DNA of 64,000 nucleotides from a virus. The stretch covers positions 51,831 through 115,830 of the IMG/VR virus record IMGVR_UViG_3300032323_000716; one strand, given 5' to 3'. Shown here one piece after another: positions 30,898-40,535 of this stretch (position 1 is the stretch's first letter; each line of letters begins with the position of its first letter). The notes beneath the pieces are model-generated. The model was given only the letters and a program-made list of their open reading frames with translations. It was not told the DNA's origin and ran no database searches. The translations under genes were made by a program, and so were the position numbers.

Positions 30898-32338
30898 GTT
30901 AGTAATCAAAGACGAAGTTAATATCAAAGTTGAAGGACTCAGTGTCGAAACTAGACGTAAAGTTGTCAACGCACTGAAATATGATCTGCCCTATGCAAGA
31001 CACATGCCGGCTTATAAATTAGGTAGATGGGACGGCACAAAAACATTTTTTGGTATTGGCGGAACTGGTTATCTTGCACATCTAGATGTTATACTTCCTA
31101 TTATAGAAGACTCTGGATACGACATTGAAGTTGAAGATTTACGTGAAAATAATTCACTAAAGTTTGTACCGATAGGAGAAAACTATTGGGCTGATCAAGG
31201 TAAGACTTGGCCTAAAGGTCATCCGCAAGCAGGCCAACCTATCGTGCTTAGAGATTATCAGTATGACGTTGTTAACAAGTTTTTAGAAAATCCACAATCA
31301 TTACAGGAGGTAGCAACAGGTGCAGGCAAAACAATTACTACAGCGACGTTGTCGCATCTTTGTGAACCGTATGGTCGTACGATGGTTATTGTTCCGAACA
31401 AATCGCTTGTTGTCCAAACTGAAGAAGACTACAAAAATCTAGGCCTTGATGTCGGTGTGTATTTCGGTGATAGAAAAGAATTAAATCGCACACATACTAT
31501 CTGCACTTGGCAGAGTTTAAATGTGTTAGAAAAGAAAGGCTATGACGATGATACGCTAACACTAGCAGAATTCTGCGAAGGTGTATGTGCTATTATTATT
31601 GACGAAGTTCATCAAGCCAAGGCAGATGTGTTAATGAGATTGGCTACACAAAACTTCCGTAACTGTCCTATACGGTGGGGACTCACAGGCACAATACCTA
31701 GAGAAAAGTGGGAATTTCAAAGCCTATTAGCCAGCATAGGACCTGTAATTAATCGTGTCAGTGCCCATGATCTGCAACAGAAAGATGTGTTGGCTCAATT
31801 AGATATACAGGTATTGCAGACCACTGATGTACAAGTTTTTAGATCCTATCAAGAAGAATATACCTGGTTAGTCAGTGACGAAAGGCGGCTAGATTGGATT
31901 GCACAAAAAATACAATCTATCTCAGAAAACGGTAATACTCTTGTTCTAGTAGGAAGAATAGATACTGGAGACAAGATAATAAAAAGAATTCCCGATGCAG
32001 TTTTTATCAATGGTTCTGTAAAATTAGACGACAGGAAAGAAGAATATGATGAGATTAAAACGAGCGATGGCAAGATTATTGTGGCGACTTATGGTGTGGC
32101 CGCTGTGGGTATTAATATCCCTAGGATTTTTAATCTGGTTCTTTTGGAGCCCGGAAAAAGCTTTGTCAGGGTTATACAAAGTATTGGGCGAGGCATTAGA
32201 CGAGCAGAAGACAAAGACTTCGTACAAATCTGGGACATCACTTCGACCTGTAAGTATGCCAAACGACACCTTACGGAACGTAAGAAGTATTACAAAGAAG
32301 CCAAATATCCATTTACATTAACTAAAATTATTCTATGA
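30884..32338 (+). CDS. uvsW: SF2 DNA helicase UvsW-like
   Basis: LRDYQ, ATGAGKT, DEVH, GLTGT, QSIGRGIR. Confidence 0.9.
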   Translation: MSVCKLVIKDEVNIKVEGLSVETRRKVVNALKYDLPYARHMPAYKLGRWDGTKTFFGIGGTGYLAHLDVILPIIEDSGYDIEVEDLRENNSLKFVPIGENYWADQGKTWPKGHPQAGQPIVLRDYQYDVVNKFLENPQSLQEVATGAGKTITTATLSHLCEPYGRTMVIVPNKSLVVQTEEDYKNLGLDVGVYFGDRKELNRTHTICTWQSLNVLEKKGYDDDTLTLAEFCEGVCAIIIDEVHQAKADVLMRLATQNFRNCPIRWGLTGTIPREKWEFQSLLASIGPVINRVSAHDLQQKDVLAQLDIQVLQTTDVQVFRSYQEEYTWLVSDERRLDWIAQKIQSISENGNTLVLVGRIDTGDKIIKRIPDAVFINGSVKLDDRKEEYDEIKTSDGKIIVATYGVAAVGINIPRIFNLVLLEPGKSFVRVIQSIGRGIRRAEDKDFVQIWDITSTCKYAKRHLTERKKYYKEAKYPFTLTKIIL

Positions 32339-33042
32339 ATTTCTTTAAGCCTAAAAATAAAAAAATACAATTACAATGCCATACAACTATGCAGAGTCTT
32401 ATAGATCTGTTTCCTCCAGAGGTTAATAAAGAAGGATTGCCTAGTTGGTATAAAGACTTGCCTAAAGAAGAAGGTTGGGTAACAATTAGACATTGTAACG
32501 GATTTCAAGACCTTTATAAGAATAGTATTATAATTAGATCTTGGTCCGACATAGACATTGAAGTAAGACCGGACGGATCTATAGCGTATGATTTTGCCTG
32601 TAAAGATGAAATTAAAGTACCGCTAGAAAGACATCACATTGACAGTCAGGCAGCCAATGCATGGCCTGGATATTGCAATATAAAATTGATGAGTCCTTGG
32701 TATTTTAAAACAGAAAATATGCATAAATGGTTGATGTTGGCACCCACATGGGATCAAAAAGATCCGTTAGAGTTTGGTATAGTTCCGGGTGTTGTTGAAT
32801 TCAAATATCAACATGTAACAAATATCAATTGTCTATTAAAATTAAAACCCGAACCTTATACAATCCATATCAAGGCAGGCCAAGCACTGGTACAACTATT
32901 GCCGCTGTTTGATGAAGATTGGGAAATGAATATTGAATTATTTGATGACCGAGACTGGGTAAAATATTTCGGAAGATGGAATCATGCGTTTGGTCTGTCT
33001 TACCAAAAAACGAGAGCGATGCTGGAGAAAAAGAAAAAATGA
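32335..33042 (+). CDS. hypothetical protein (beta-rich, dUTPase-like fold possible)
   Basis: P.WYK, KLMSPW, PGVV, IKAGQALVQL motifs. Confidence 0.5.
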   Translation: MNFFKPKNKKIQLQCHTTMQSLIDLFPPEVNKEGLPSWYKDLPKEEGWVTIRHCNGFQDLYKNSIIIRSWSDIDIEVRPDGSIAYDFACKDEIKVPLERHHIDSQAANAWPGYCNIKLMSPWYFKTENMHKWLMLAPTWDQKDPLEFGIVPGVVEFKYQHVTNINCLLKLKPEPYTIHIKAGQALVQLLPLFDEDWEMNIELFDDRDWVKYFGRWNHAFGLSYQKTRAMLEKKKK

Positions 33043-33545
33043 GAATATTAACACTAAACAATAGAGCCTTTGATTTAAATGAATTACCAGATGAGGTCGA
33101 CGAAGATACTAGATTCAGTGTACTAGATAATAGTAACCCACAAGATCCAGATTTCTTTTTTATGCCTTTGATATTTTTGGAATCGTTTAATAGTCCGGCA
33201 ATATTATTAAACATAGGCGGACACGAAGTACAAATGCCGTTGGATTGGTGCATGGTAGTCGGTGACAAAGAATGCGGGCTTGACCCAGAAGTACTACCGC
33301 TGACTAGCATTAATGAACGAGGGTTTGATGCACTGATTTTTAATCCTGTTAACGGATTTAGAGCAGAGTACATGCCAATTGAAATATTAAACATCTATCA
33401 AGATGTAAGATGGTACTTTCCTAAAATGAAAAACGGTCAATTGTTAACTGTGCCATTACATGATGGCGATAGTCCACCATGTGCGTTTTTTGTCAAAGAA
33501 GTTTCTAGACAAAGCGAAGTTCTACAATTACACAAAATGATATAA
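33039..33545 (+). CDS. hypothetical protein
   Basis: Start ATG33039 overlaps upstream stop. Confidence 0.6.
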   Translation: MRILTLNNRAFDLNELPDEVDEDTRFSVLDNSNPQDPDFFFMPLIFLESFNSPAILLNIGGHEVQMPLDWCMVVGDKECGLDPEVLPLTSINERGFDALIFNPVNGFRAEYMPIEILNIYQDVRWYFPKMKNGQLLTVPLHDGDSPPCAFFVKEVSRQSEVLQLHKMI

Positions 33546-33778
33546 TGCCATTAGACAGTATAATGTACCAAAATGATGCATTTAACCGTCGTTGTATAGG
33601 TTGGCAGTTAAAGTACTCACTATGGCCAAGACGCTGTTATTATACTGGTAAAATGTTATGGTTTACATTAGCGTATATGGGAACATCTGTGTTGACTGGG
33701 CCAGGTGAATCTATAGTTGAATATAGATGGTGCGAAAGACACGAATACTTATTTTTAAAAATTAGAGGAACAATATGA
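33545..33778 (+). CDS. hypothetical protein
   Basis: 77-aa coupled ORF. Confidence 0.55.
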   Translation: MPLDSIMYQNDAFNRRCIGWQLKYSLWPRRCYYTGKMLWFTLAYMGTSVLTGPGESIVEYRWCERHEYLFLKIRGTI

Positions 33779-34131
33779 AAGCAGGAAAAGTATGGGGACA
33801 AACAGAACTCCTTGAAGCCAACGGTGTGTTAGAGTTTCACCGTATTGAAGCCAAAAAAGGCGGCACATGTTCCAAACATAAACACAAATATAAATGGAAT
33901 GGTTTCTTTGTAGAAAAAGGCGAAATGATTATTCGTGTTTGGAAAAACAATTATGACCTAGTTGACGAAACACTACTAAAAGCAGGTGAATACACAAAGG
34001 TAGCACCTGGAGAATTTCATCAATTCGAAGCAGTTACTGACTGTGTTGCCTTTGAACTCTATTGGGCAGAATTTGATCACGACGACATCGAACGTGAAAC
34101 TGTAGGATTTGCAAAAAATGGGAAATCTTAA
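33775..34131 (+). CDS. cupin domain protein
   Basis: KVWG, CSKHKH, PGEFHQF, DIER. Confidence 0.75.
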   Translation: MKAGKVWGQTELLEANGVLEFHRIEAKKGGTCSKHKHKYKWNGFFVEKGEMIIRVWKNNYDLVDETLLKAGEYTKVAPGEFHQFEAVTDCVAFELYWAEFDHDDIERETVGFAKNGKS

Positions 34132-34393
34132 ACCTGGTGCTACTTATACCTACGAACACCAAGATGGTGTTGTGTATGCTACCGAATCTGGTACAACAGA
34201 TAAAAAGGTTATTGGCTGGGACTATAAATTTGATCCACGAACCGGCGACGGTAGACCGTTACGCGAACATATTTTAGAAGATAAAATGTGGGGAGATATT
34301 CGTCGGATGGCTCTAACCAATCCTGCTTTACAAAAGGCGTTGGATCGTGCTATAATGCTTTATCACCTGAGTAAAGAAAATGGGAAAAAATAA
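34118..34393 (+). CDS. hypothetical protein
   Basis: Coupled ORF, start ATG34118. Confidence 0.55.
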   Translation: MGNLKPGATYTYEHQDGVVYATESGTTDKKVIGWDYKFDPRTGDGRPLREHILEDKMWGDIRRMALTNPALQKALDRAIMLYHLSKENGKK

Positions 34394-34859
34394 ACACGTA
34401 GACCTATTCAAAGATATGATACCCGCAGTGGACATGGGTATCAAAGAATTGTGGGATGCCTCTCCAGAAGAAGGTCGCAAAGAGATCAAAGGCGATCTAT
34501 GGACTCTCAATAGATATATCAGTAGTTGCAAAACCAATAACAGAGAACTACAAGAACATTATGTTCTAACTACTAACGAGTTTTACAATAAAAATTGGGC
34601 GGGAATACAACATCATCCCAAATTGCAATGGCTCACGTTAGTAATGTGCGGCCATGAAAGTAAAAAAACTCAATTCCATGAATGGATTCCGTTAAAAGTT
34701 CATAAGAATAAAAAAGAAGAATTTTTAGCAGAACAATTTCCTAATATGAAAATGGCTGACATTGAAACACTAGCAGCCATTACAACTGATGAAGAAATCA
34801 AAGAATATGCTCAGAGCCTTGGTTGGGACAAAAAACAAATCAATGGAATTAAACTATAA
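34380..34859 (+). CDS. putative clamp-loader small subunit (gp62-like)
   Basis: LNRYIS, HPKLQW, FHEWI pattern; replication context. Confidence 0.5.
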   Translation: MGKNKHVDLFKDMIPAVDMGIKELWDASPEEGRKEIKGDLWTLNRYISSCKTNNRELQEHYVLTTNEFYNKNWAGIQHHPKLQWLTLVMCGHESKKTQFHEWIPLKVHKNKKEEFLAEQFPNMKMADIETLAAITTDEEIKEYAQSLGWDKKQINGIKL

Positions 34860-35526
34860 GTGTGAATACTGTCAAAAACTTTTTGCCAAAGAAAAAACTT
34901 TGGTTGTGCATATCTGTGAACAAAAACGTAGACATATCAGTCGAAATGAAAAACATGTACAAGCAGGACTTTTGACCTTTCAGAAATTTTATGACTTCGC
35001 ACAAAAAGGTAAAACAAAAAAAACATTTGACGATTTTGTAGATAGTCCGTATTACACAGCATTTGTAAAATTTGGCAGTTTTCTTGTTAACACTAATCCT
35101 ATCTATCCAGAAATGTTTATAGACTATGTAGTAAAAAGCGGCGTTAAAATAGATCATTGGTGCAGAGATGAACTATATGACACCTACATCAGCGAGTTGA
35201 TCAAGAACGAACCGGCCGACGGTGCAATACAAAGATCTATAACTACTATGATGGATTGGTCTGATAAAAACAATGCTCCTTGGGAACACTATTTTGCATA
35301 TGTAAATTTAAACAGAGCCACCCATGATATTAAAGAAGGATTAATAAGTCCTTGGCTAGTATTAAATACAAAGTCCGGTAAAGAGATGCTTCAACGTATG
35401 AATGATGAGCAGTTAGAAATCATTGGTGCTGTCATAGATCCGCAGTATTGGATAAGAAAGTTTAAATCTTTGCCGGCAGACATTGAATTGATCAAAGACG
35501 TAGTCAAGGAGGCTAAGATACTATAA
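34843..35526 (+). CDS. zinc-finger protein
   Basis: N-term C-x2-C-x3-F-x8-H-x-C. Confidence 0.6.
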   Translation: MELNYKCEYCQKLFAKEKTLVVHICEQKRRHISRNEKHVQAGLLTFQKFYDFAQKGKTKKTFDDFVDSPYYTAFVKFGSFLVNTNPIYPEMFIDYVVKSGVKIDHWCRDELYDTYISELIKNEPADGAIQRSITTMMDWSDKNNAPWEHYFAYVNLNRATHDIKEGLISPWLVLNTKSGKEMLQRMNDEQLEIIGAVIDPQYWIRKFKSLPADIELIKDVVKEAKIL

Positions 35527-35777
35527 TGAGCAAGAGAAAAATTGTTGAAGAAAAGATTAAAGAATTAGAAGAAGCCATTGAAGAAGAGACTCTTGCTGAA
35601 AATGAAGAATACATCTCTAGAGATGATTTAGATATTGAAGTTCGGGTAATGCAAGATGAACCGGTGATTATGGTACAGTTTTCTGGCTTTGAAGATCACG
35701 AAGATGCAGAAGAATATGCACAATTTCTAGCAGATAATTTACCGTTATTGTTGTTTGAAACTACAAGGATACAGTAA
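35526..35777 (+). CDS. acidic hypothetical protein
   Basis: 83-aa coupled ORF. Confidence 0.55.
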   Translation: MSKRKIVEEKIKELEEAIEEETLAENEEYISRDDLDIEVRVMQDEPVIMVQFSGFEDHEDAEEYAQFLADNLPLLLFETTRIQ

Positions 35778-36355
35778 TGCCAGATATTGATATAGATTTC
35801 GTTGATAGAGATCAGGCACTGAGTTTATTCAAACACAAAGTGGCTAGTCGAGTTGACAATCAAAGTCTAGTTAAACATAATACAGGTGTATATTTTCATC
35901 AAGTGCCTGTAGATTTAAAAACTGGATTATGTGAGATTCCCTACGAGCAAGCAGAAGATCAAGGCTTCTTTAAAATTGACTTTCTTAATGTAGGAATCTA
36001 TAAAGGTGTTCGAGATGAAAATCATTTGTTGCAATTAATGAACACAGAACCATTGTGGGATTTATTAGAACAAGACGAGTTTAGCAATCTGTTATTTCAT
36101 GTCAATGGTCACGGTAACGTTTTAAGAGCCATGAAGCCTGCAAGCATAGAACAATTGGCTTCTGTGTTAGCAGTGATCAGACCTGCTAAAAGATACTTAA
36201 TTGGTAAAGACTGGAACACAGTCATGTCTGAAGTATGGGTCAAGCCTGAGAATGATGAATACTACTTTAAGAAAAGTCATGCTATTGCTTACGCTACGGC
36301 CATAGTAGTACAGATGAATTTAATTTGCGAAGGCATATCTTACGGATACAATTAA
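35777..36355 (+). CDS. minimal DNA polymerase III alpha (DnaE)-like catalytic core
   Basis: PDIDIDF, KHNTGV, KIDFL, IRPA, FKKSHAIAYA motifs in 192 aa. Confidence 0.8.
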   Translation: MPDIDIDFVDRDQALSLFKHKVASRVDNQSLVKHNTGVYFHQVPVDLKTGLCEIPYEQAEDQGFFKIDFLNVGIYKGVRDENHLLQLMNTEPLWDLLEQDEFSNLLFHVNGHGNVLRAMKPASIEQLASVLAVIRPAKRYLIGKDWNTVMSEVWVKPENDEYYFKKSHAIAYATAIVVQMNLICEGISYGYN

Positions 36356-36864
36356 TGGCAAAAATAAAAAACAAATTACCAATCACTGTTTCTTGGGAAG
36401 GTCCAGAAAAAAGAGAACTGTATCTCGATTCAATGATAAAAGAAAATAATTGGAATATCGGAGTTGAAATAGGTGTACGATTTGGCCGAACCTTATTTTA
36501 TCTTTTAGATAACAATCCTAATTTAAAAATGTACGCTGTGGACATCGACACTAGTCAATTTTATAATCAACTAGTAAGCGCACGATACGCAGATAGATTA
36601 GTTGTATTAGAAGGAGACAGTTCGACACTGGCTTCAACTATTAAAGAAACTGTTGATTTTGTTTTTATAGATGGCGCACATTCTAAAAAGGCAGTGATCA
36701 AAGATATAACTGAATATAGAAAAATACTTAAAGATGATAGAGGATTGACTGGTCATGATATAGACTATCCGTCTATACAGTCTGCACTATCTGATCTAGG
36801 TATTAATTATGATGTAGGTCCAGATAATGTTTGGACTTTTAAATCAACCGGGCTTTCTAATTAA
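36355..36864 (+). CDS. class I SAM-dependent methyltransferase
   Basis: VEIGV..G, GDS, DFVFIDGAH, GHD. Confidence 0.8.
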   Translation: MAKIKNKLPITVSWEGPEKRELYLDSMIKENNWNIGVEIGVRFGRTLFYLLDNNPNLKMYAVDIDTSQFYNQLVSARYADRLVVLEGDSSTLASTIKETVDFVFIDGAHSKKAVIKDITEYRKILKDDRGLTGHDIDYPSIQSALSDLGINYDVGPDNVWTFKSTGLSN

Positions 36865-37215
36865 CGTAATAGACTTACGTTTAATTCTTTTTACAATAAT
36901 ATCATTTAGGCTTGTGCAAGGCCCAAAAAGCACCTTAACGTCTTTGGTGCTAAAGTTTCTTATTGAATAGCGAAACTCCGTAATTTCTTTGTTTAGAAAA
37001 ATATTGATAGGAATTTGACGATTGCTTTCCCACCACCAAACTTCACCTAATTCTAAAAATCTCTGTTTTTCCCAGTCTGTACGTATACTAGCATAATCAT
37101 ACATGCTAGTAACCTGAGAATCTTGATTAATGACAATGCCTACATATTCTGCATTGACGTGATTTAGCACGGTTATGAATGGAAAATTTTCTTGTAGGTT
37201 TTCAGTTATACGCAT
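36844..37215 (-). CDS. hypothetical protein
   Basis: 123-aa ORF, WWWESNRQIPI motif. Confidence 0.6.
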   Translation of the reverse strand: MRITENLQENFPFITVLNHVNAEYVGIVINQDSQVTSMYDYASIRTDWEKQRFLELGEVWWWESNRQIPINIFLNKEITEFRYSIRNFSTKDVKVLFGPCTSLNDIIVKRIKRKSITLIRKPG

Positions 37216-37242
37216 AGATAAATATTGCTAGGGTTCCAAATT

Positions 37243-38313
37243 ATGCAATTAATTTCAGTTTATTTATATCCAAACAGGGTCGATGCTTATACAAATTATC
37301 TGGCCTCTTGGAAAACAGAGAGGTATCGTAAAGTGTACAATCGCAATCTAAAAATATTCCGCGGTGCAGATAATCGCATCGATATACAAATACGCAATTC
37401 AGACGAAAAGCCGTATGATGTATCAATCTATGATGATTTTGTGTTTAATCTTGTAAACAAAGAAACTAAAGAATTAATCCTTAGCAAAGCCTGTACAGTT
37501 CAAAGTGCCGCTACTGGAAAAGTATATGTAACCCTAACTGAAAATGAATTAACAGATATAGAGCCTGGATTTTATCAGTACTCTGTTATCGGTCAAACAC
37601 GCAGCGACAGCGATGCTAGTTTAGTCACAGCAAGAACTCCTTTTTATATCGATTCACAATACGGTGCATTTGCCACCATTGAAATCTTTGGTGATGTTTT
37701 TGGCGAACCTCTTGATAGTGTTAAGATTGATGAATTTAGAGATTTTAGAGTTAACAACGCTAGCCAAGAAAAATATCTACTATCAAGTATTATAGATGCA
37801 AGACCTAATCTTAGCACACCTCAATCTTTGCATACTTTTCAATTTTACTTTACCAATTACACAGGCACTGTAGTTATCCAAGGCAGTCAAAGTGATGGAG
37901 GTAATCCACAAGTATGGGTAGATCTAGATACTGAAGAGATGGTTAATCAATCAACGCCAACTTATAAAAATATCACAGGCAAGTATAATTGGTTTAGGAT
38001 TAGATTTGGTAATACATTTAATAATTCGGCTAGATTCGTAATTGGACAAACATTTAATGGTTCATATGCAGTTAGTGTCTACGACGGCGGGTCTGGATAT
38101 ACTGTAGGACAACAATTGGTAATCACTGGAGACCTATTAGGGGGCTTTTCTGGTGTAAACGACTTGAATATCACTGTAACTTCTGTGAATGTAAACGGTG
38201 CAGTGACTGGAATAACATTCACCGGCGTTTCAGCACCAAACGATCGAAGTTATGTTTTGGGTGCGACTGGAACTCCTACCGCAGGGGCTATTGACAAAAT
38301 CTTATACAGATAG
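37243..38313 (+). CDS. putative virion structural protein (Ig/beta-rich)
   Basis: Beta-rich; C-term GGSGYTVG repeat typical of tail/baseplate appendages; TAAATA upstream. Confidence 0.5.
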   Translation: MQLISVYLYPNRVDAYTNYLASWKTERYRKVYNRNLKIFRGADNRIDIQIRNSDEKPYDVSIYDDFVFNLVNKETKELILSKACTVQSAATGKVYVTLTENELTDIEPGFYQYSVIGQTRSDSDASLVTARTPFYIDSQYGAFATIEIFGDVFGEPLDSVKIDEFRDFRVNNASQEKYLLSSIIDARPNLSTPQSLHTFQFYFTNYTGTVVIQGSQSDGGNPQVWVDLDTEEMVNQSTPTYKNITGKYNWFRIRFGNTFNNSARFVIGQTFNGSYAVSVYDGGSGYTVGQQLVITGDLLGGFSGVNDLNITVTSVNVNGAVTGITFTGVSAPNDRSYVLGATGTPTAGAIDKILYR

Positions 38314-38319
38314 TATAAT
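38291..38319 (+). promoter_or_regulatory. sigma70 promoter (perfect consensus)
   Basis: TTGACA-N17-TATAAT, 6 nt before primase ATG. Confidence 0.8.
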
Positions 38320-38325
38320 CTGTGT

Positions 38326-39348
38326 ATGACGTTAGTCGTAGACAAATTTAGATCTCTCTTACCTCGACTCAAAACTAGCCCTAGCGGCTGGATGAGTTTC
38401 AATGCTCCTTGTTGTCATCATCGAGGACATCGAACCGACACTAGAAAACGTGCCGGTGTTGTTTTAACCGAAGGTATTATTTACAACTGTTTTAATTGTA
38501 AATTTAGTACAGGATGGACTCCTGGATCGACACTATCTCCTAAGTTTAAAACTCTTTGTCAATGGTTGGGTGCAAATGATGATACAATCAAAGAGTTAAC
38601 CTTTGAAGCCTTAAAGACTGAAGGCGAAGGATATGTTCCTACAACATTCGTTGAACAAAAGATAGATTTTGAAACCAAAGAGTTACCAGAAGGCTCGATG
38701 CCGTTGCTAGACTGGGTCGAAAGTGCGTATTATCAAGATTTAGAAGATCTATTAGATCCTGCTATTTCTTATCTAGTAAGCAGAGGATTTGATCCGTTCG
38801 ATGGAAATTTTTATTGGAGTCCTGCTCCTGGTTACGAAAACAGAGTAATCATACCTTTTTTCTACGAAGGAAAGATAGTAGGCAACACAGCCAGAAAAAC
38901 CACGCAAGGCCGTCCTAAATATCTATCAGATCAACACCCCTTCTTTGTGTTTAACACTGATGCACAGGTAGAAAATCATAGATACGTATTTGTAGTAGAA
39001 GGACCGTTTGATGCTTTATCAATAGGTGGCGTAGCACTACTCACTAACGAAGTCAGCGAGCAACAATCGAGAATAATTAATAATATGAACAAGGATGTCA
39101 TAGTAATTCCTGATCAAGATAAAGCAGGGTTAACTTTGATAGATCAAGCGGCAAAATTAGGTTGGAAGGTTGCTTTTCCAACATGGGATGAATCAATCAA
39201 AGACTGTGCGGATGCTGTGTCCAAATATGGTAAATTGTTTGTTATAGTAGATGCTATTAAAACAGCCACAGACAATCCTGTCAAGATTGAAATAGAGAAA
39301 CGAAAATTGCTAAACAAATTTACCGAGTTGGAGAAAAACGATGTTTAA
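38326..39348 (+). CDS. DNA primase (gp61/DnaG-like)
   Basis: N-term Zn-binding (PCC..., YNCFNC), RVIIPF, PKYL, TOPRIM VVEGPFD and PDQD. Confidence 0.85.
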   Translation: MTLVVDKFRSLLPRLKTSPSGWMSFNAPCCHHRGHRTDTRKRAGVVLTEGIIYNCFNCKFSTGWTPGSTLSPKFKTLCQWLGANDDTIKELTFEALKTEGEGYVPTTFVEQKIDFETKELPEGSMPLLDWVESAYYQDLEDLLDPAISYLVSRGFDPFDGNFYWSPAPGYENRVIIPFFYEGKIVGNTARKTTQGRPKYLSDQHPFFVFNTDAQVENHRYVFVVEGPFDALSIGGVALLTNEVSEQQSRIINNMNKDVIVIPDQDKAGLTLIDQAAKLGWKVAFPTWDESIKDCADAVSKYGKLFVIVDAIKTATDNPVKIEIEKRKLLNKFTELEKNDV

Positions 39349-39457
39349 AGCCTTGAAAGATTTTTTTACTTGGCCATGGAGACGATATCAACAAAATCGT
39401 GCATGGAAGAAAAGATTAGAAGAACTTAAGAAAAGAGACCCGTTCATTTACAAATGA
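39341..39457 (+). CDS. small basic protein (38 aa)
   Basis: Below ORF-track cutoff; MFKALKDFFTWPWRRYQQNRAWKKRLEELKKRDPFIYK, overlaps both neighbours. Confidence 0.55.
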   Translation: MFKALKDFFTWPWRRYQQNRAWKKRLEELKKRDPFIYK

Positions 39458-40422
39458 TTACTTGGGGAATTAATGCTCTTAATCATGATGCTAGTATTGC
39501 TGTTGTTAATAATGGCGAGTTAAGATTTTGGAAACGCAGTTCTGAATACACAGGTGTTGCTGGAGATCAATATCTGTGTTCTAGAATTTATCATGATGCT
39601 CTTAACGCCAGTAATGGGCGAGGACCAGACGAAATAGTTTGGTATGAACATCCTCTTTGGAAAAAATGCAGACAGTTCTATGCAGGACAGTTCTATGCAG
39701 CCTTTGATTTAAATGATATGCCTAGTAGGTATCTTAAAAAATTAGGTTGGCCTAATTTTAAGATGTCGTATATCAGTCATCATCTAAGTCATGCTGCCGC
39801 AGGTTACTATACATCTCCTTTTAAAGAGGCTTCTGTAGTTGTTCTAGATGCAATTGGCGAGTGGGAAAGTATGTCAATATGGAAAGCCCAAGACATGAAA
39901 CTTACTAGAGTTTTCAGCAGATCTTACCCTACTAGTCTTGGTATATTTTATTCGGCATTTACAGACTTAATTGGTCTAAAGCCGTTAGGAGAAGAACATG
40001 TATTGCAGAAACTTAGCGAACAAGGCGATCCTTCTAGATATAGAGAACAGGTTAAAAAATATTGGAGAGACGATCTAACTCTTAGATATAATTTACACAA
40101 GGGTGTTTGGAATTGGTCCGATCTCGACATGGATGATCAAGGTAAAAAAGATCTTGCTGCCGCAGTACAAGAACAGTTTGAATTACAGGCACAGAAAGTA
40201 TTCGACTGGGCAAAGAAACTTGCACCTAGTGATAATCTAGTTTATATGGGCGGTTGTGCAATGAACAGTAAATTCAATAACTCCCTGTCAGATCAATATA
40301 AAAAGATTTGGAGTTTGTCTATACCCGGAGATGCCAGCAGTGCTATAGGGGCTGCACTGTATAAACAACAGAAAAGAGTTACTTTACCTTTTTCTCAGGT
40401 AAAGCACATAGGGATTAAATGA
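39454..40422 (+). CDS. carbamoyltransferase N-terminal (Kae1-like) domain only
   Basis: HDAS, HHLSHAA, DAIGE, SLG.FY, AAAVQ, GGCAMN, GDASSAIGAA. Confidence 0.85.
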   Translation: MITWGINALNHDASIAVVNNGELRFWKRSSEYTGVAGDQYLCSRIYHDALNASNGRGPDEIVWYEHPLWKKCRQFYAGQFYAAFDLNDMPSRYLKKLGWPNFKMSYISHHLSHAAAGYYTSPFKEASVVVLDAIGEWESMSIWKAQDMKLTRVFSRSYPTSLGIFYSAFTDLIGLKPLGEEHVLQKLSEQGDPSRYREQVKKYWRDDLTLRYNLHKGVWNWSDLDMDDQGKKDLAAAVQEQFELQAQKVFDWAKKLAPSDNLVYMGGCAMNSKFNNSLSDQYKKIWSLSIPGDASSAIGAALYKQQKRVTLPFSQVKHIGIK

Positions 40423-40535
40423 TCAAAAATTTATACACTTATGGCAATTCTCATTATTATAAGGCTTTACTTTCTATACCAAGAAAGTGTATAATAGCAA
40501 AAGGATATGTATTTCATGATTGATTACGTTATAAC

